From NCBI GenBank assembly GCA_043228905.1, contig JBHGNT010000064.1, positions 1 through 64,000 of the forward strand: a DNA stretch of 64,000 nucleotides, read 5' to 3'. The position numbers were made by a program, and so were the translations under genes. Shown here one piece after another: positions 36,906 through 50,600 of this stretch. Source of the stretch: Azolla caroliniana. Its lineage: Eukaryota; Plantae; Polypodiophyta. Under the pieces are notes generated by a model. It was not told the DNA's origin. It did not search any database and saw nothing but the letters and a program-made list of their open reading frames with translations. Numbering within the stretch: position 1 is the first letter of the stretch; each line of letters starts with the position of its first letter.

Positions 36906-37946
36906 AATGATTGCGGATATTCCTTACGGATTTCGATTGGTTGGGTCATCATACGACGATGAACCGTTTAGGTTTAAACAATTGGAGAAGATGGTCAAGG
37001 ATTTCGCTGAGCTAACAACTGCATCCTTGTGGCGAATAGTTGTCTTTCATAGTATGGACCAACGGATCTCGATAGCTCAAGCTTTGAGATCTCGTTGCCA
37101 TGGCATCGAGAACCTTGCATGGTAAGGATTATTTATAGGTGTCATTCACTATATTGCATTTCTTAAGGTTGTTCAATCTATTCTTAACTCGATGTATTAT
37201 TTTTTATAGGATAAAAACCAATGTTAATAGAGGGCCAACTTTTTGGTTCGTTAATGCTATTGAATACATCACGGTTGGCTACTTCGATGAAATTAAGAAA
37301 CAAAGAATCAAGGAGCATTCTAATGAAGTGGGGGGTTCAAATCTGTTGGTATATCCAGTAGTGACACGGAAATTGCGACATGTCACCACGATAGAATGGG
37401 GACTTGTCAACCCATATCAAAAACCTCAGCGACTTATGATGCGCTTGATCGAGATGTTTTCTATCGAAGGAGACTGGATATTAGATCTCTTTTCTGGCAC
37501 AGGTATTCCTCGAACTAGGGTAATGATCTTGAGATAACCAATACCGAATCGTTTTTGGTTGACAACTAATTCTTCTTGTTACTTACTTCACAGGAACGAC
37601 GTCTGCATGTGCATTGAAGCTCTTTAGAAATACAGTTGCATTGGAGAAGAACGAGGAGCAGGTTATATTTATAAATATGAGGATTAAGGCTTTGTGGGAG
37701 TGCCCAGACCAGGATGAGGAGGTCGGTGCAAAGAACCTCGCCAATACAGAAAGGTTTCAACCTGCCTCGCAAGAGCCTATTCCTCCGTTAGACGGCGAAG
37801 TGGGGGACCTAATAGAGCTTGATGATGAGCTTATAGAAGATATTTCGTTGGCTCGGCTAACAGGGGAAGCCAATGCACGTATAGCCGAAGAGAGTTCTAC
37901 ACAAGATGATGAAGAAAATGATATTGATGAATTGATTGCTATGTAA
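36904..37946 (+). pseudogene. 3' half of the methyltransferase gene (part of exon 4, exons 5-6) in copy 2
   Basis: IADIPYG, NPYQKPQRLMMRLIEMFS, DLFSGTG|TTSACAL; fused to the transposase remnant by a deletion. Confidence 0.9.
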
Positions 37947-40319
37947 TAGACTCTATGAAGAAAATGACACTGACGATTTGTTTGGATTTCACATTATTAA
38001 TACAAATTTTGGGTTTTACTTAGTGGATTCTATTCTTTATAATCTTCTATATGTTTCAATTTTATTTTTATATACTTGGTTAGTAGATTTATGACATTGG
38101 TTGCACCGCGTGCATAACTGACTACCAAATTTATGGAGAAACAACACGTTCGCGTTCACAAGTGGAAGGATCGCGCATAAATGGAAGGATAAGGGAAATT
38201 TTAGGGGTTTTTCAATGATTTTACAAAACACATTGATACCAGTATCATACAAGTTCAAACATACTATGGAAAAGGTTAAAAATCCACTATTTTCGTGTTT
38301 TAGAAGTAACTAAAAAAAGACGAATTTCAAAAACATACATTCTCAATTTATATCACAAACTTTACACCCAATGTTATTTTATAAGAAACGATTTTTTAGA
38401 AATCATAAGAATTCAAAACACATGATTTTATATTACTCGATTTGTTACAAGCGGAATGTAGTTACACTTAATAGCCAAATATACATTCATGATCACTCCT
38501 TTACGGAGAATCACTACTATAACTAATATACAATGACGATTCCTCCTCGTCATCCTCGGATGTACCAATCAGTGCATTATCTTCGTCATAAACCAAATGG
38601 TTTGACTCTAGATTATATGTAGCAGATCTCGTTTGCCTTTGACTCGAGCCACCTTGTAGACCTGGTAATTTTTCTTTTATTATATCTATTGTTGACTTCC
38701 TTAATCGTCCGGCTTTTGTAAGTGTGAAGTCGTACACGATGATATCCACATCAGAGATATCAAGGGTCGAGGTGTTACGAATGTTTCGCTTCCTCTTCCT
38801 ACCTCCCCTTCTTGTTTGGCATTCAATCATCTCCAATGTATACTTACCTGTAAAAGCATTTGCAGTTCTAGTGTTGTACCAATGAACATTTATAGACTTG
38901 CTCGGGTTTTCTATTTCATGCATTAGCACTTCTAGAATTTTACCAACCCAAAATTGGTGGCCATGTGAGTTCTCATCAGTCGGCGTTGCAATCAACATCC
39001 CCGCGGTGAGCTCTTGCAAATTTCCTTGCCATCTAGCTTCGGCTGCTTTCGTAATCCTTGGTCCCACATAAATGTCTCTTTGTTGTGGATGGACCAAGCT
39101 GTCATTAATCGCATTTACTAGTTGCTCCGGACTTCTATTTACGCGATCATATTGCAGCGACCATGTGAATGGCGTTTCCAAATTCCAATTATCACCAAAT
39201 ACACAATTGTCTATAATATCTTTCTGATCACTATAAAATACATCCCACCATGACGTGTCTTGTTGTGCGGCATATTTCTTGGCGGCCTCAATATGCTTTC
39301 TTTTTTCTTCTAAGGCTTGGAGCCATGACCGTTTTTGTTCTGATACCAAGTCCCTTTGCAACTGTCCTTTCTTCTCAATTGGCATTTGCTTAGCTCCATG
39401 GACAATTGTACTCGGCATACAAAGTAATAACTGGCAACCACCTTCAGGTTCCTATGTTGTAGAAGATGAATATTGTTTAGCATACAAAAGTGTAGAACCA
39501 CTTATTCCATTTTTCTTTATCATAAAAATGTGATTGAAACTTATATTGTTTAACTGAGCAAGCACTTTAACATTCCCACCACCCCCATCTGATCTATATC
39601 TCTTAAAGTCATATACCTCCTTCAAGTGTAACACTTTTGGGCGTGGTGTATAAGCATCACAAATGACATCAAATAGTTTAGGTAAAGTGAAAGCATCATG
39701 CCGAGACAACTGTCTAGAGAATGTGCTAAACATCTGATCTATATGGTCATGTGTGTGGCCAACCAAAAGGAAATTGACTTTCACTTTCCTAAACAATTCT
39801 TAGTTGACCAACATACTTAGATAGCCAAATACAGTTGAATTTTTGTTCTCACTAGCAGTATTGTCCAATTGAATGTATAGAACAGGGGGGAAAGGTTGTC
39901 CCCAAGACATCAAAACTCGGTGAATCACTGTAACTGTTAGGTTAGGGTCATTGTGAACATTGGGGTAAGTAATGAAGACGTGAGGTCGAACAGACCTATT
40001 ATAAACCAAGCATCCCACCAAGTGCATTTGAACAAGGCACTCATCATTGACATCTTTGGGGAGCCTCCGCATATGCGGCAAGCACGTCTTCTTCTGGTCC
40101 ATGCCATCTATCATTAAGCACATTTATTGTTCGGGCCTCTTCAAACACTTCTCTCTATGATGCATCGCCTTCCTTCGTTCTAAGGATTGTGCCTCACGAT
40201 GCTCTTGTAGTAACTTCTTACTGGTATCCTTTTCCATTGATGTCTTTGCACCTTTAGCCAAACTTTTAAGATTTGCACAAATGGAGCAATACCCCATACG
40301 TACTTTACGAGGAATAATA

Positions 40320-40504
40320 TGTCGAATACAAGTGTATAATGGACGTATTCACACTATCCCTTTGTATAGATCAAGTTTGGGCCATTTGTGTAATTAGCAT
40401 AAATGGTAGATGCCCTAAGTCTGTTACTATATATAGTGACCTTGTAACCTTTTTGTAAGGTTGGGTGTTGTATTATTGCTTTATGGAATAGAAAGTCTTT
40501 TGTG

Positions 40505-40551
<47 letters not shown>

Positions 40552-43500
40552 AAGATTGTAGAAACTGTCATACGCAGGTACAGAACAGAATCGAATGCCT
40601 CTTGATCTTCCGCATCGACGACCTTGATCTCCAACATCTGGTATCAGAGCCTGCACAGTATTCGGTCCTTCAATCCGCTGTCGGACGTCGTCTCAGCCTG
40701 CACAGCATTCGGTTTCCTGCGTCATTCGAAGAAGAGAGAAGAAGAAGAAAAAAACGAGGCTTGCATCTCATCGCGTTAGATCATCTTCGCTTGGAGTAAG
40801 CCAGCCGGTTGTACTCTGTTTCTTGTGATCGTAACCGCTCGAGGTGAAATCCCCTTGTGCAACATTGACACGATCGTGCTCCACTCGGTTAAACGGCATC
40901 CGAAGAGGTCATGAAACGCTGCTCGCCGCTCATTGTAACCACTCGGTGCAGATCGGTCTCAAGACAACAACCCCAATTCGTGCTTCATCCGGCTGATCGA
41001 CATTCGAGAGGATCAGTTGGATCCGTCTCTCTCGTCGCTGCAGTCACCCGAAGCAGAATCGGTCCAGACAATCGGATTCAATAATCGGTATTTGGCATAT
41101 ATATTCGGAAGCGAACCGGGCTCACTCCGACTCGGCAACATTCGGGAAGACCAGTCGGTTCTGTCCCTCAAGTTACCGGAGTCAATTCGAGCAAGTTCAA
41201 CAATACATATATCCGAAGCCGAACCGACTCGGGTTCAAATCCGACTAGAACGATATCGGGTGAGCCAACCGGCTGCACTCCAACAAGGTTCGTAGTCAAC
41301 TCCGAACCGAGCTTCGTCAACCGAAACCAAATTTGATGGCATCAACATCCGGCTCGTCAGAAATGAGTCTACGAAAGTTCGATGGATCGAACTTCAACTT
41401 CTGGAAGGAGCAAATGCAGGACTATCTCATAGTCAAGGGGCAAATCGATCCCATCGAAAATGAAGAACCTCCAGAAGGATACAAACCAATTGAGTGGCAG
41501 AAGCTGGACAGAATCGTCCGCGCCACGATTCGGATGCACCTATCGGAATCGGTATACTTTACGGTGCAATCGTGTACGATAGCATTCGAACTGTGGAAAA
41601 CACTGTCGGACACCTACGAAAAGAAGGTCGCTGCAACGAAGATCTTTCTGATCCGGCGCCTCTACAACTTGCGGATGAAAGAATCCGATTCGGTCCAAGC
41701 ACATCTCAATGAGTACGAAAGCATAAGCTCCCAAATCTCGTCACAGGGGACGGCAATCGAGGATGAACTCAGAGCAATGATACTCATGAGCAGCCTTCCC
41801 TCATCATGGGAAACTTTCGTCACAACCGTGTGCAACACGTCAACCACGGCTGTTAAATACTCCGAAGTCACGAGCGCAATCCTGACCGAAACAGCTCGGA
41901 GAAAGTCTTTCGCCAAAGACTCAACAGACGACGCTTATGTAGTACAAGGTTCGACAGACTGATCGAACATACGAGGAAGAGATTCCTCACGGCCGCCGAA
42001 CAATCAGCGAAGACGGAGCCAGTCACGGGATAATCGAATCTGCAACTATTGCAAGAAACCCGGACACATCAAAGCCGACTGCCGCGCACTCAAGAACAAG
42101 AACGACAAGTCTCAGAGATCAGACAAGAAGAGTGGCCGGCATGAGGAGATCAATTACGTCAGCTTCTCAGCTGATGTGCTACCAAACGACCCGAATATAC
42201 TATCAATCGAAAATCCAGTCGGATCAGAAGTTCTGCTCACGACTGAAGAATCGAGCACATGGCTCTTAGATTCAGGCGCGTCATTTCACGTGACTCCTCA
42301 TCGATCCCAATTTCGGCAATATACGATCCGTCACTCCGACTCAGTTCGAGTCGGTAACTCGCAACACTATGACATCATTGGAATCGGCACAGTAGAGCTC
42401 AACCTTGCAGGTGGCTCTACACTTGTACTTCACAATGTCCGACATGTACCCGAGCTCTCAAGGCCATTGATCTCAGTCGGACAACTAGATGAAGACGGCA
42501 TTCGTGCCGGTTTTTCTTCGGGAGGGTGGACACTCCACAGGGGGAACCTCCTGCTTGCTAGAGGACCCAAGATACACTCACTGTATCCGTTACATGTTAC
42601 GCTCAGAGAGGGTAACCTGTTTTTGGTGGATATTCCTATGTCATCACTATGGCACAGAAGATTAGGACACCTCAGCAAGGCCGGCATTACGCACCTATCT
42701 AGAGCCGGATACATCCCTAAACTCTCCTTCTCCGACCATCAATTCTGCGAGCATTGCCAGTATGGCAAACAAGCAGCCGCATCACACCCGACATCAGCAC
42801 CAAGAGAAACGAGACCTCTCGATTTGGTCCACTCGGACGTCTGTGGCCCAATGCCGCATCAGTCTCTCGGCGGTGCCTCTTACTTCGTCAGTTTTATTGA
42901 CGATTCGACTCGAAAGGTGTGGGCTTATCCAATTCGCACCAAAGATCGTGTCTTCTCGATCTTCTCCGATTGGCTCGCCATGGTAGAAAATCAAACCGAC
43001 CGAAAACTGAAATGCTTTCGGACCGACAATGGGGGAGAGTTCAAATCAGAAGAATTCGTCAAATTCTGCCGACAACGCGGCATCCGACGTGAATTTACGG
43101 CACCACACAGTCCGGAGCAAAACGGGATTGCCGAACGCATGAATCGGACAATCCAAGAACGGATAGTTTCCATGCTCCAACACTCTGGACTGTCGGATGG
43201 CTTCTGGGCAGAGGCTCTACTCACGGCAGTACACATAATCAATATGTCGCCAAGCAGACCTCTAGGACTTCAAATTCCTCAGGAACTATGGATCGGCAGT
43301 AAGCCGAATTATGACAAGCTGAGGATCTTCGGATGCGAGGCGTACGCCCTTATTCCGAAAGATGATCGCCGAAAACTTGCACCTCGGTCCAGGAAATGCA
43401 TTTTCCTTGGATATGGATCCGACGGCGAAATGGGATACCGACTCTGGGACCCCGAACGCAGACAAATCGTTCGAAGTTCGGACGTTGTGTTCAACGAGTC

Positions 43501-45745
43501 GGCTATGAATCCATCAGTCGAAAAACCGATCGAAGTCCGAAGGGTAACATTTTCCGATGTGCCGACCCTTCAAGAAGGCCCCGCTCTTAACACACGGTCA
43601 GCTTCACGGGTAGCTGAACCTTACACTACCGACTCGGACAACTCCGACTCGGCACAGCAGAATAATTCGCTTTCGGACCATCCGACCTCGATACCCGATG
43701 CGACCAGTCCAATCATACCTCGACGATCCGAGAGACTGTCGCAACCTCCGGAGAGGTATTCTCCTGGAATTTTCTTCACCGACGCCGGCGAACCGACGTC
43801 TTACGAAGAAGCATCGACATCTGTCGATTCCGCCACCTGGCATCTGGCGATGGAGTCGGAAATGCACTCCATTCGGGCAAACAAGACTTGGGATCTGGTC
43901 GAATTAGCTAGGAACCGACGTGCTCTTCCTTGCAAGTGGGTTTATCGACTAAAAGAGACGTCTGATTCGACCACCCCAAAGTACAAGGCCAGATTAGTTG
44001 CGAAGGGCTTCCGACAAGAATATGGCGTCGACTTCGACGAGATTTTTTCACCAGTGGTGAAAGTGACAACCCTTCGTTTTCTACTCGGCGTAGTGGCAGC
44101 CGACAACTTGGAGCTGATTCAGCTAGATGTCAAAACAGCCTTCCTCCATGGTGATCTTGAAGAGGAAATTTATATGGAGCAGCCAAAAGGCTTCGTGGCA
44201 ACTGGCCAAGAACATCTAGTCTGCCGACTCAGGAAGAGTCTATACGGCCTCAAACAGGCACCGCGACAATGGTACAAGAAGTTCGACGACTTCATCCAAT
44301 CGATCGGCTTCTCAAAAAGCGATGAGGACCATTGTCTTTTTACCAACACAACTCAAGATGGATCACCCATCTTCCTCATCATTTACGTGGACGACATGCT
44401 AATTTCTGGACGCCACGCGGGCGAACTTGCCGATCTCATTCGGCAACTGCGGTTGAAGTTTGCCATGAAGGACCTCGGTCCGGCACGACACATACTTGGC
44501 ATGAAGATTAGTCGGCATCGCGATCAACGACATCTTTTTTTGTCTCAGACCGACTATATCGGACGTGTCTTGGAACGCTTCAACATGCAATCAGCCAAAT
44601 CTGCTTCAACCCCGCTCCCCATGAATCTTCGGCTCTCTCAGCGAGACTGCCCGACATCCGGTCCGGAGGGGGAAGATATGAAGTCGGTACCGTATGCACC
44701 GGCAGTCGGCTCCCTTATGTACCTGATGGTCGCGACACGGCCTGATATTTCTCATGCCGTAGGAGTCGTTAGCAGATTTATGCACAATCCTGGCCGATCG
44801 CATTGGAACGCAGTCAAGCATGTGTTCAAATATCTGGCTGGCACAAAAGACCACGACATTCTTTTCGGTCCGAACTCAACTACAGGCGTAGTCGGTTACA
44901 CCGACTCGGACTTCGCCGGCTGTATAGACAGTTGGAAATCAACAACTGGATACTGCTTCAAATTCGGCAATGGAGCAATTTCGTGGAAGTCGAAACTTCA
45001 GGAGTGCACAGTGACCTCAACGACCGAAGCAGAATATGTAGCTGCGTCCGACGCTGCAAAAGAAGCTTTGTGGCTCGGCCGGCTGGCGCACACGTTTCGA
45101 CAAGTCGACCATGACTCGGCCCCAGTTGTCTATAGCGACAGTCAAGGTGCTGTTGCCTTGTCGAAAAATCCGGTTCACCACAACGCCTCCAAACATATCG
45201 ACGTTCGATATCACTTCGTTCGGGACTGCGTCATTTCAGGGAAAATCGGTCTAGAGAAAATATCCACAACCGACAATGTCGCAGATGGAATGACCAAGTG
45301 TCTTTCGGCAGACCGCTTTCGGTCCCTTCGGCATCAGATGGGCGTAACGACAAACCAGTCCGGTTAGAGCCGGACACATCGCAGGATGGTTTCCGACAAC
45401 CGACATCAGTTCCTTAATGATCGGCTTCAACTCTTCCGACCCGACCAGTTCGGTCTTCTGCCTTCGGACCCTGCCGACTCGAACAAAACTGATATGTCCG
45501 AGAACCTAGGTTTATGCCTGTAATCTTAGATAACCCATGTATACGCCCATTACGGGGGAGTGTCGAATACAAGTGTATAATGGACGTATTCACACTATCC
45601 CTTTGTATAGATCAAGTTTGGGCCATTTGTGTAATTAGCATAAATGGTAGATGCCCTAAGTCTGTCACTATATATAGTGACCTTGTAACCTTTTTGTAAG
45701 GTTGGGTGTTGTATTATTGCTTTATGGAATAGAAAGTCTTTTGTG

Positions 45746-45792
<47 letters not shown>

Positions 45793-45877
45793 AAGATCGT
45801 AGAAACTGTCATACGCAGGTACAGAACAGAATCGAATGCCTCTTGATCTTCCGCATCGACGACCTTGATCTCCAACA
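40320..45877 (+). mobile_element. Young full-length Ty1/Copia element; 317-bp LTRs 40320-40636 and 45561-45877
   Basis: TSD TAATA; PBS TGGTATCAGAGC (tRNA-iMet) 40639-40650; PPT 45552-45560; about 2 LTR mismatches seen. Confidence 0.97.
41336..45367 (+). CDS. Copia gag-pol polyprotein with a single in-frame TGA at 41960-41962
   Basis: gag, zinc knuckle CNYCKKPGHIKADC, LDSGAS, VHSDVCGP, YVDDML and RNase H all in one frame. Confidence 0.9.
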
Positions 45878-47546
45878 TAATAACATTTGAAAACCGAGCT
45901 CTCCATAATCTTGTGAATTGGCTATAGGTGATAGACTTATTACGTGAGCCCAGCATATCAGATCGATAGACATCATAAACTTCCCGACGTGTATAATTAT
46001 CAGAAAGATGCATCCTACCTGTAGTGGGCATTACTTCACAATTTAACTGAAAGTAACTTTTCATCCAGCCAATAGCTAGTCTTCCAATTGCACCTTTCAT
46101 ACTTGGAACCTCTTTACAATTGAGCATCTGATCCCCGCTAAGTAGACGTTGTTGTACTCTATGTAGCCGCATGTTACTAACACATAACGCAATTTTGAAT
46201 GCAACTCTACATATCTGTTGCGCATGGAAGATATAATACTCGAATGATACTTTGATCCCCGTACATTTGTCAGATACTAGTTGCATATGTGACCCGAGGT
46301 AAGTGTCTTGCTCATCACCGGTCATCGAAAAATAGTATCGCCTTAATTCTCGCAACTTTGATTTCCAATCATAGACATACAACCACGGGCACAACATATT
46401 TTGTTGACATCAAATCCAATCTGTTTATCTGATGTCACCAAGCTAAATCTAGCCAGACGAATTCTTCGTGGGATTCTTCTAATATGCATAGGGCTCCCAA
46501 ATTTCTCTTCCTGCATAGAGGTTGGTGTAACCTTGTTACAGTCTAATTCTCTGTTGTGACCATCGCCAATGTTATTCAATGTTTCCTGGGCACTTCCTTC
46601 ATTCTCGGTATCTTTATTAATATCGTATTCTTCAATAGAGAACTCTTCACATGTGTCATTATTTTTACATTCCCTGTAGATGAGCTCAGACAATATTCTT
46701 CGATAGAATATGGTGAGTCGGTTGACAGACAATATTCTTCAATCGAATATGGTGACTCTGTTGACAAACAATACTCTTCAGTAGAAAACGATGGGTCTGA
46801 TGACAAACAATATTCTTCAATCGAGAATGGTGAATCTTCACTCATGGCTTAAGGTCTAGATAGGGCTCTCTAAGTTATGTGCTTAGGGTAAGGAAAAAAA
46901 CTAATAAGCTCCTCTCTAAACATATACTCCTCTCTAAACATAAACTTCTCTCTAAACAATAGCCAAATGAATAGAATGTCTATATTATGTAATATTCTAT
47001 TAATACAATACATCAAAAAATTATTTTTAATAAAGTAATTGTACTTAAAATATCAATTATTATATAAACTAGATCTATATGAAGTTAAATCAAGTAAAAT
47101 ATAAAACTAATCATTAACAAGCCATGAATATGTTGGATTAATGTTAAAATCATTGGCTAATTAATGGCACCCATTTTGATATAGAACGTCTCAATCATTG
47201 GTTCTTTAATGCTCACCATTTTAAATATTAGACTTATCAATCATTGGTTAATTCATGCCAACATCTTTAATACATAGCATTTGAGAGTCATAAAATTTGT
47301 TGCTTTTAGTAATCAATCATTGGTACATTCATGAACCTCTATCATTGTCTCCTTCATAACCTTTGAAGTCATTGTAGGTTGTTATGACTATAAAAGATTG
47401 ATCAATATGTTAGTTTGACTTTGTAATCATTAATACAATCATAAGTTACTATAGTTAATGTGACTATGGTTACCAACTAACTATCCTCAAAGTTACCAAC
47501 CTTGGTTAAGGTGACTATGGTTACTTTAACCAATGTGTTCAATCCC

Positions 47547-47554
47547 TATAAATA
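47547..47554 (+). promoter_or_regulatory. TATA box of the methyltransferase gene, copy 3
   Basis: CCTATAAATAGG followed by a CAGAG-repeat leader and the ATG at 47680. Confidence 0.6.
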
Positions 47555-47679
47555 GGAAGACCTCGTCATATTTCACTCACCAGAGTGTACAGAGCGTACA
47601 GAGCACACAGAACGTAGAGAGCACACAGAGCACAAAGCACGAAAGCGCGATCTCCGCCTCCACTTCCACACGATCAACG

Positions 47680-50600
47680 ATGTCTTCAAAGAGAATCGAG
47701 CGCGAGGACTCCAGGTAGGCCTCTGACACTGTGGACATTTTTGTAAATATGTTTCGTTTCTCAAGAACTCGATACGCCGTATTGAGTTCATGTATACAAT
47801 ACAAACTTTATACATGAACTCGATACTGCGTATCGAGTTCATAATTTGTTTTTGCTTTTTATACCGTGTTTAAAACCCACACATTAAACAGGAACTCGAT
47901 ACGCCATATCGAGGTCGTGTTTAATGTGTGGGTTTTAAACAGGAACTCGATACGCCGTATCGAGTTCGTGTTTAACGAGTTCCCGTTAAAAACCTACACT
48001 TTAAACAGGAACTCGATACGGCGTATCGAGTTTCTGTATATAAGAAGGCTTTGAGAGAGAAAAATTGTGTTTTTGGGGTAACAAATAATTATGGGGTGGA
48101 AAAGATATCAAATTGTCTGGCAAAATCAGTCTTTTTTATGTTGACTTTCCTTACTTTTAAAAAAAAACATGCTCTAATTATAGGTGTTTTATGACCTACA
48201 TTAGCTTAAAATAGTAGAAAATGATCCACAAATTGCCTTTACGGTAGCAAATTCTCCTCAATATAGGTTTAGAATCTATATAAGTCATACCTACTATTTA
48301 AAAGAATATATAACCCTGTTTACTTATTACGATATATATTTTCTAGGTTGAATAGCCCTGCCTATAATAGATTTTTGAATATAGGACTGCTCCTGGGAAC
48401 TGTTCTTCATTATAATATACAACCTTAATCTACGTGACTACGTAACTTATGTTTTTGCATATACTTTCTTAAATAGGTCGTTTGAGAACCTGTCGAACCG
48501 ACCCGTGAAGAAAATAAAGCTTCGCATACAAGGTTCTCCAATCGAAGCCCAGACCAAGGTAGCTCCTGAGACCATGAAGAGAGGAAAAAAGATTCTATTT
48601 AACGAAGAGACAAAATCTCAGCCACATAGTGATGTTAGCCAAAAGAAACTTGTCGCTGCTACTGGAGGTGAAGACCTTCATGACCGAGATCTAACGGACA
48701 AGGAATGGTGTATGCAATATGTCGACTCAAAGAAAAAAGTCGTATTGTATACAACAAAGAAGAAGGGTGAGGGGCAACTTGGAAAGGAAACCCCATTTAT
48801 GTATGGCCGTATTCTACGATTTGACTACGAAGATGCAGATTCGGCAAACATACTGGTAATGATAGAGTGCTCCAAGGGGGTACGTAAAGTGTTCCTTTTA
48901 GAAGACCTTTTAGTAAAGGAATCTTGTGGGCTAGAAGTGTTCAAAAAAGCACTTGATAGCTCACAAAACCTTATTGTTACCTTGAGGCCTTATATAGAAG
49001 GCCATGTAACTCTAAGAGATGAAGTGCCCTCCCCATTGAAGGCCACAAAAAAGGTATCCAAAGTCCAGTCAAGACCACCAAAGAAGAAGACAACCAAAAT
49101 GTCAGACTCCGATTCAACAAGTGAAAACGAAGAGGAGGATAATAAGGGGACGCCAGGAGCTGAGCTGGCCTCGGGTGTTTTGTCATCCGAGCAGAATAAA
49201 ATAAGGAGAGAGTTAATGCAACGGAAGCTGGTCAAGAAAGGGCAAGTGTTTAATTTGCCTATAACACACATCCATCGGCCCCCTATTGATGAAAAAATAG
49301 GTCGAAGACCACTTGAGATTAGAGAGCCTCACCGCATGCATGTTCAAAATCTCAAGAAAAAAATGAAAATTAATCCTCATGCCACTGTGGTGCCTTTTAT
49401 TGTTATGGTAGATCCTGAAGAATGTGAAACCATTGAAGATTTTGATATTAGAAAGCATGATCAATATAATTATTTTGTCATTGGTGGATCGCATTCAGCA
49501 GAGGCACGTCGGCAACTTGTGAGAGAACATCCAACCACTTTCTTCTTCAAGTATGCCGAGTGCAAAATTTATGTTGGGCTCACAACCGAAGAGGCTAAGC
49601 TGTTGGCATGGGACCATAATAATGATAATGACTATAGGCAGAAAATGTCGTCCATTGAGCGTATACGGTTCTTCCACCACGAGTATTTAGATGTGAAACA
49701 AAAGTTTGGTGTGAAGTTACATCCAGGCCTTCGACGTCAATGTCTGCATGAAGTCGGCATTGTGGTAGATGATAATGTTAGGTCCAATGGTCTTCGAAAG
49801 TATGAGTCTTGGTTTCAATTGGCGTTTAGAGATGGAGAAGTATGGGACCTACAAGATCAAATCTTCTCAATGTGGGAGAATAAGGAGGTAAAGGGTCAAC
49901 GACAAAAGAAATGTAGGGTTGACCCTCAACTAGAGTTAAAGTCACAAGCCGCCAAGAAAATTGACTTGACAATTGAAGAAGCGGCAGATGACATGAAGCT
50001 GTCTTTATGGAGAGCGATGCAAGGTATTAAGGACGAGCAGCTTCTTGTGTCGGTTTTGTCAAGGGTTGTGGCGAAAGATTTAAGCCTTTCAGAAATGGTC
50101 ACTGAGTTCAATAAGTAAGTCTTTCAAATACTGAAATTGTAGTCTATCTGGTGTAATTCAAAGTTCTAATCTTGATTTCTAATTTTACAGTCATAAGGTG
50201 TACATGAAGATCCAAGAAGTTATGATGAAACAACTTGGATGTATAACTTGGGAACAAGTGACCGAGGCTTATCCTCCAACGTCTTCGTATAAGGCGTTAT
50301 CAGAGTATTTTATTGCATTCAAGGATTGGGTTAGTATTCATGTTTTTTCATTACCCTTTCATCATATGTAGAGCTTGTATAATAATACCTGATGTCCTAT
50401 TGCTTCTATTAGAAACCGTGTCGAGGCAAGAAACAAGGAGAAGTTAAGGATATACACGATTTCCCTACATCCTTCCTTGCACATCTCGAGCGAGCCAGAA
50501 AAGAAAAGGATCGTCGCTTAGTCAAGGCGTACGAAATGGAGGAAGATGGCTCATTTAAAAAATTTAGCCACAAAAAAGATATTACGAGAGATCTTTACTA

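Larger units (their letters stand above)
38501..46845 (-). pseudogene. Transposase pseudogene of copy 3, interrupted by a Copia element
   Basis: Colinear with 1660-4440; stops at ~39452 and ~40124, frameshifts at ~39800, ~46362 and ~46661. Confidence 0.92.

Noticed and set aside
41960-41962. Programmed gag-pol stop readthrough
   Set aside because: The stop precedes the gag zinc knuckle and lacks a CARYYA context; a CGA>TGA mutation is simpler.
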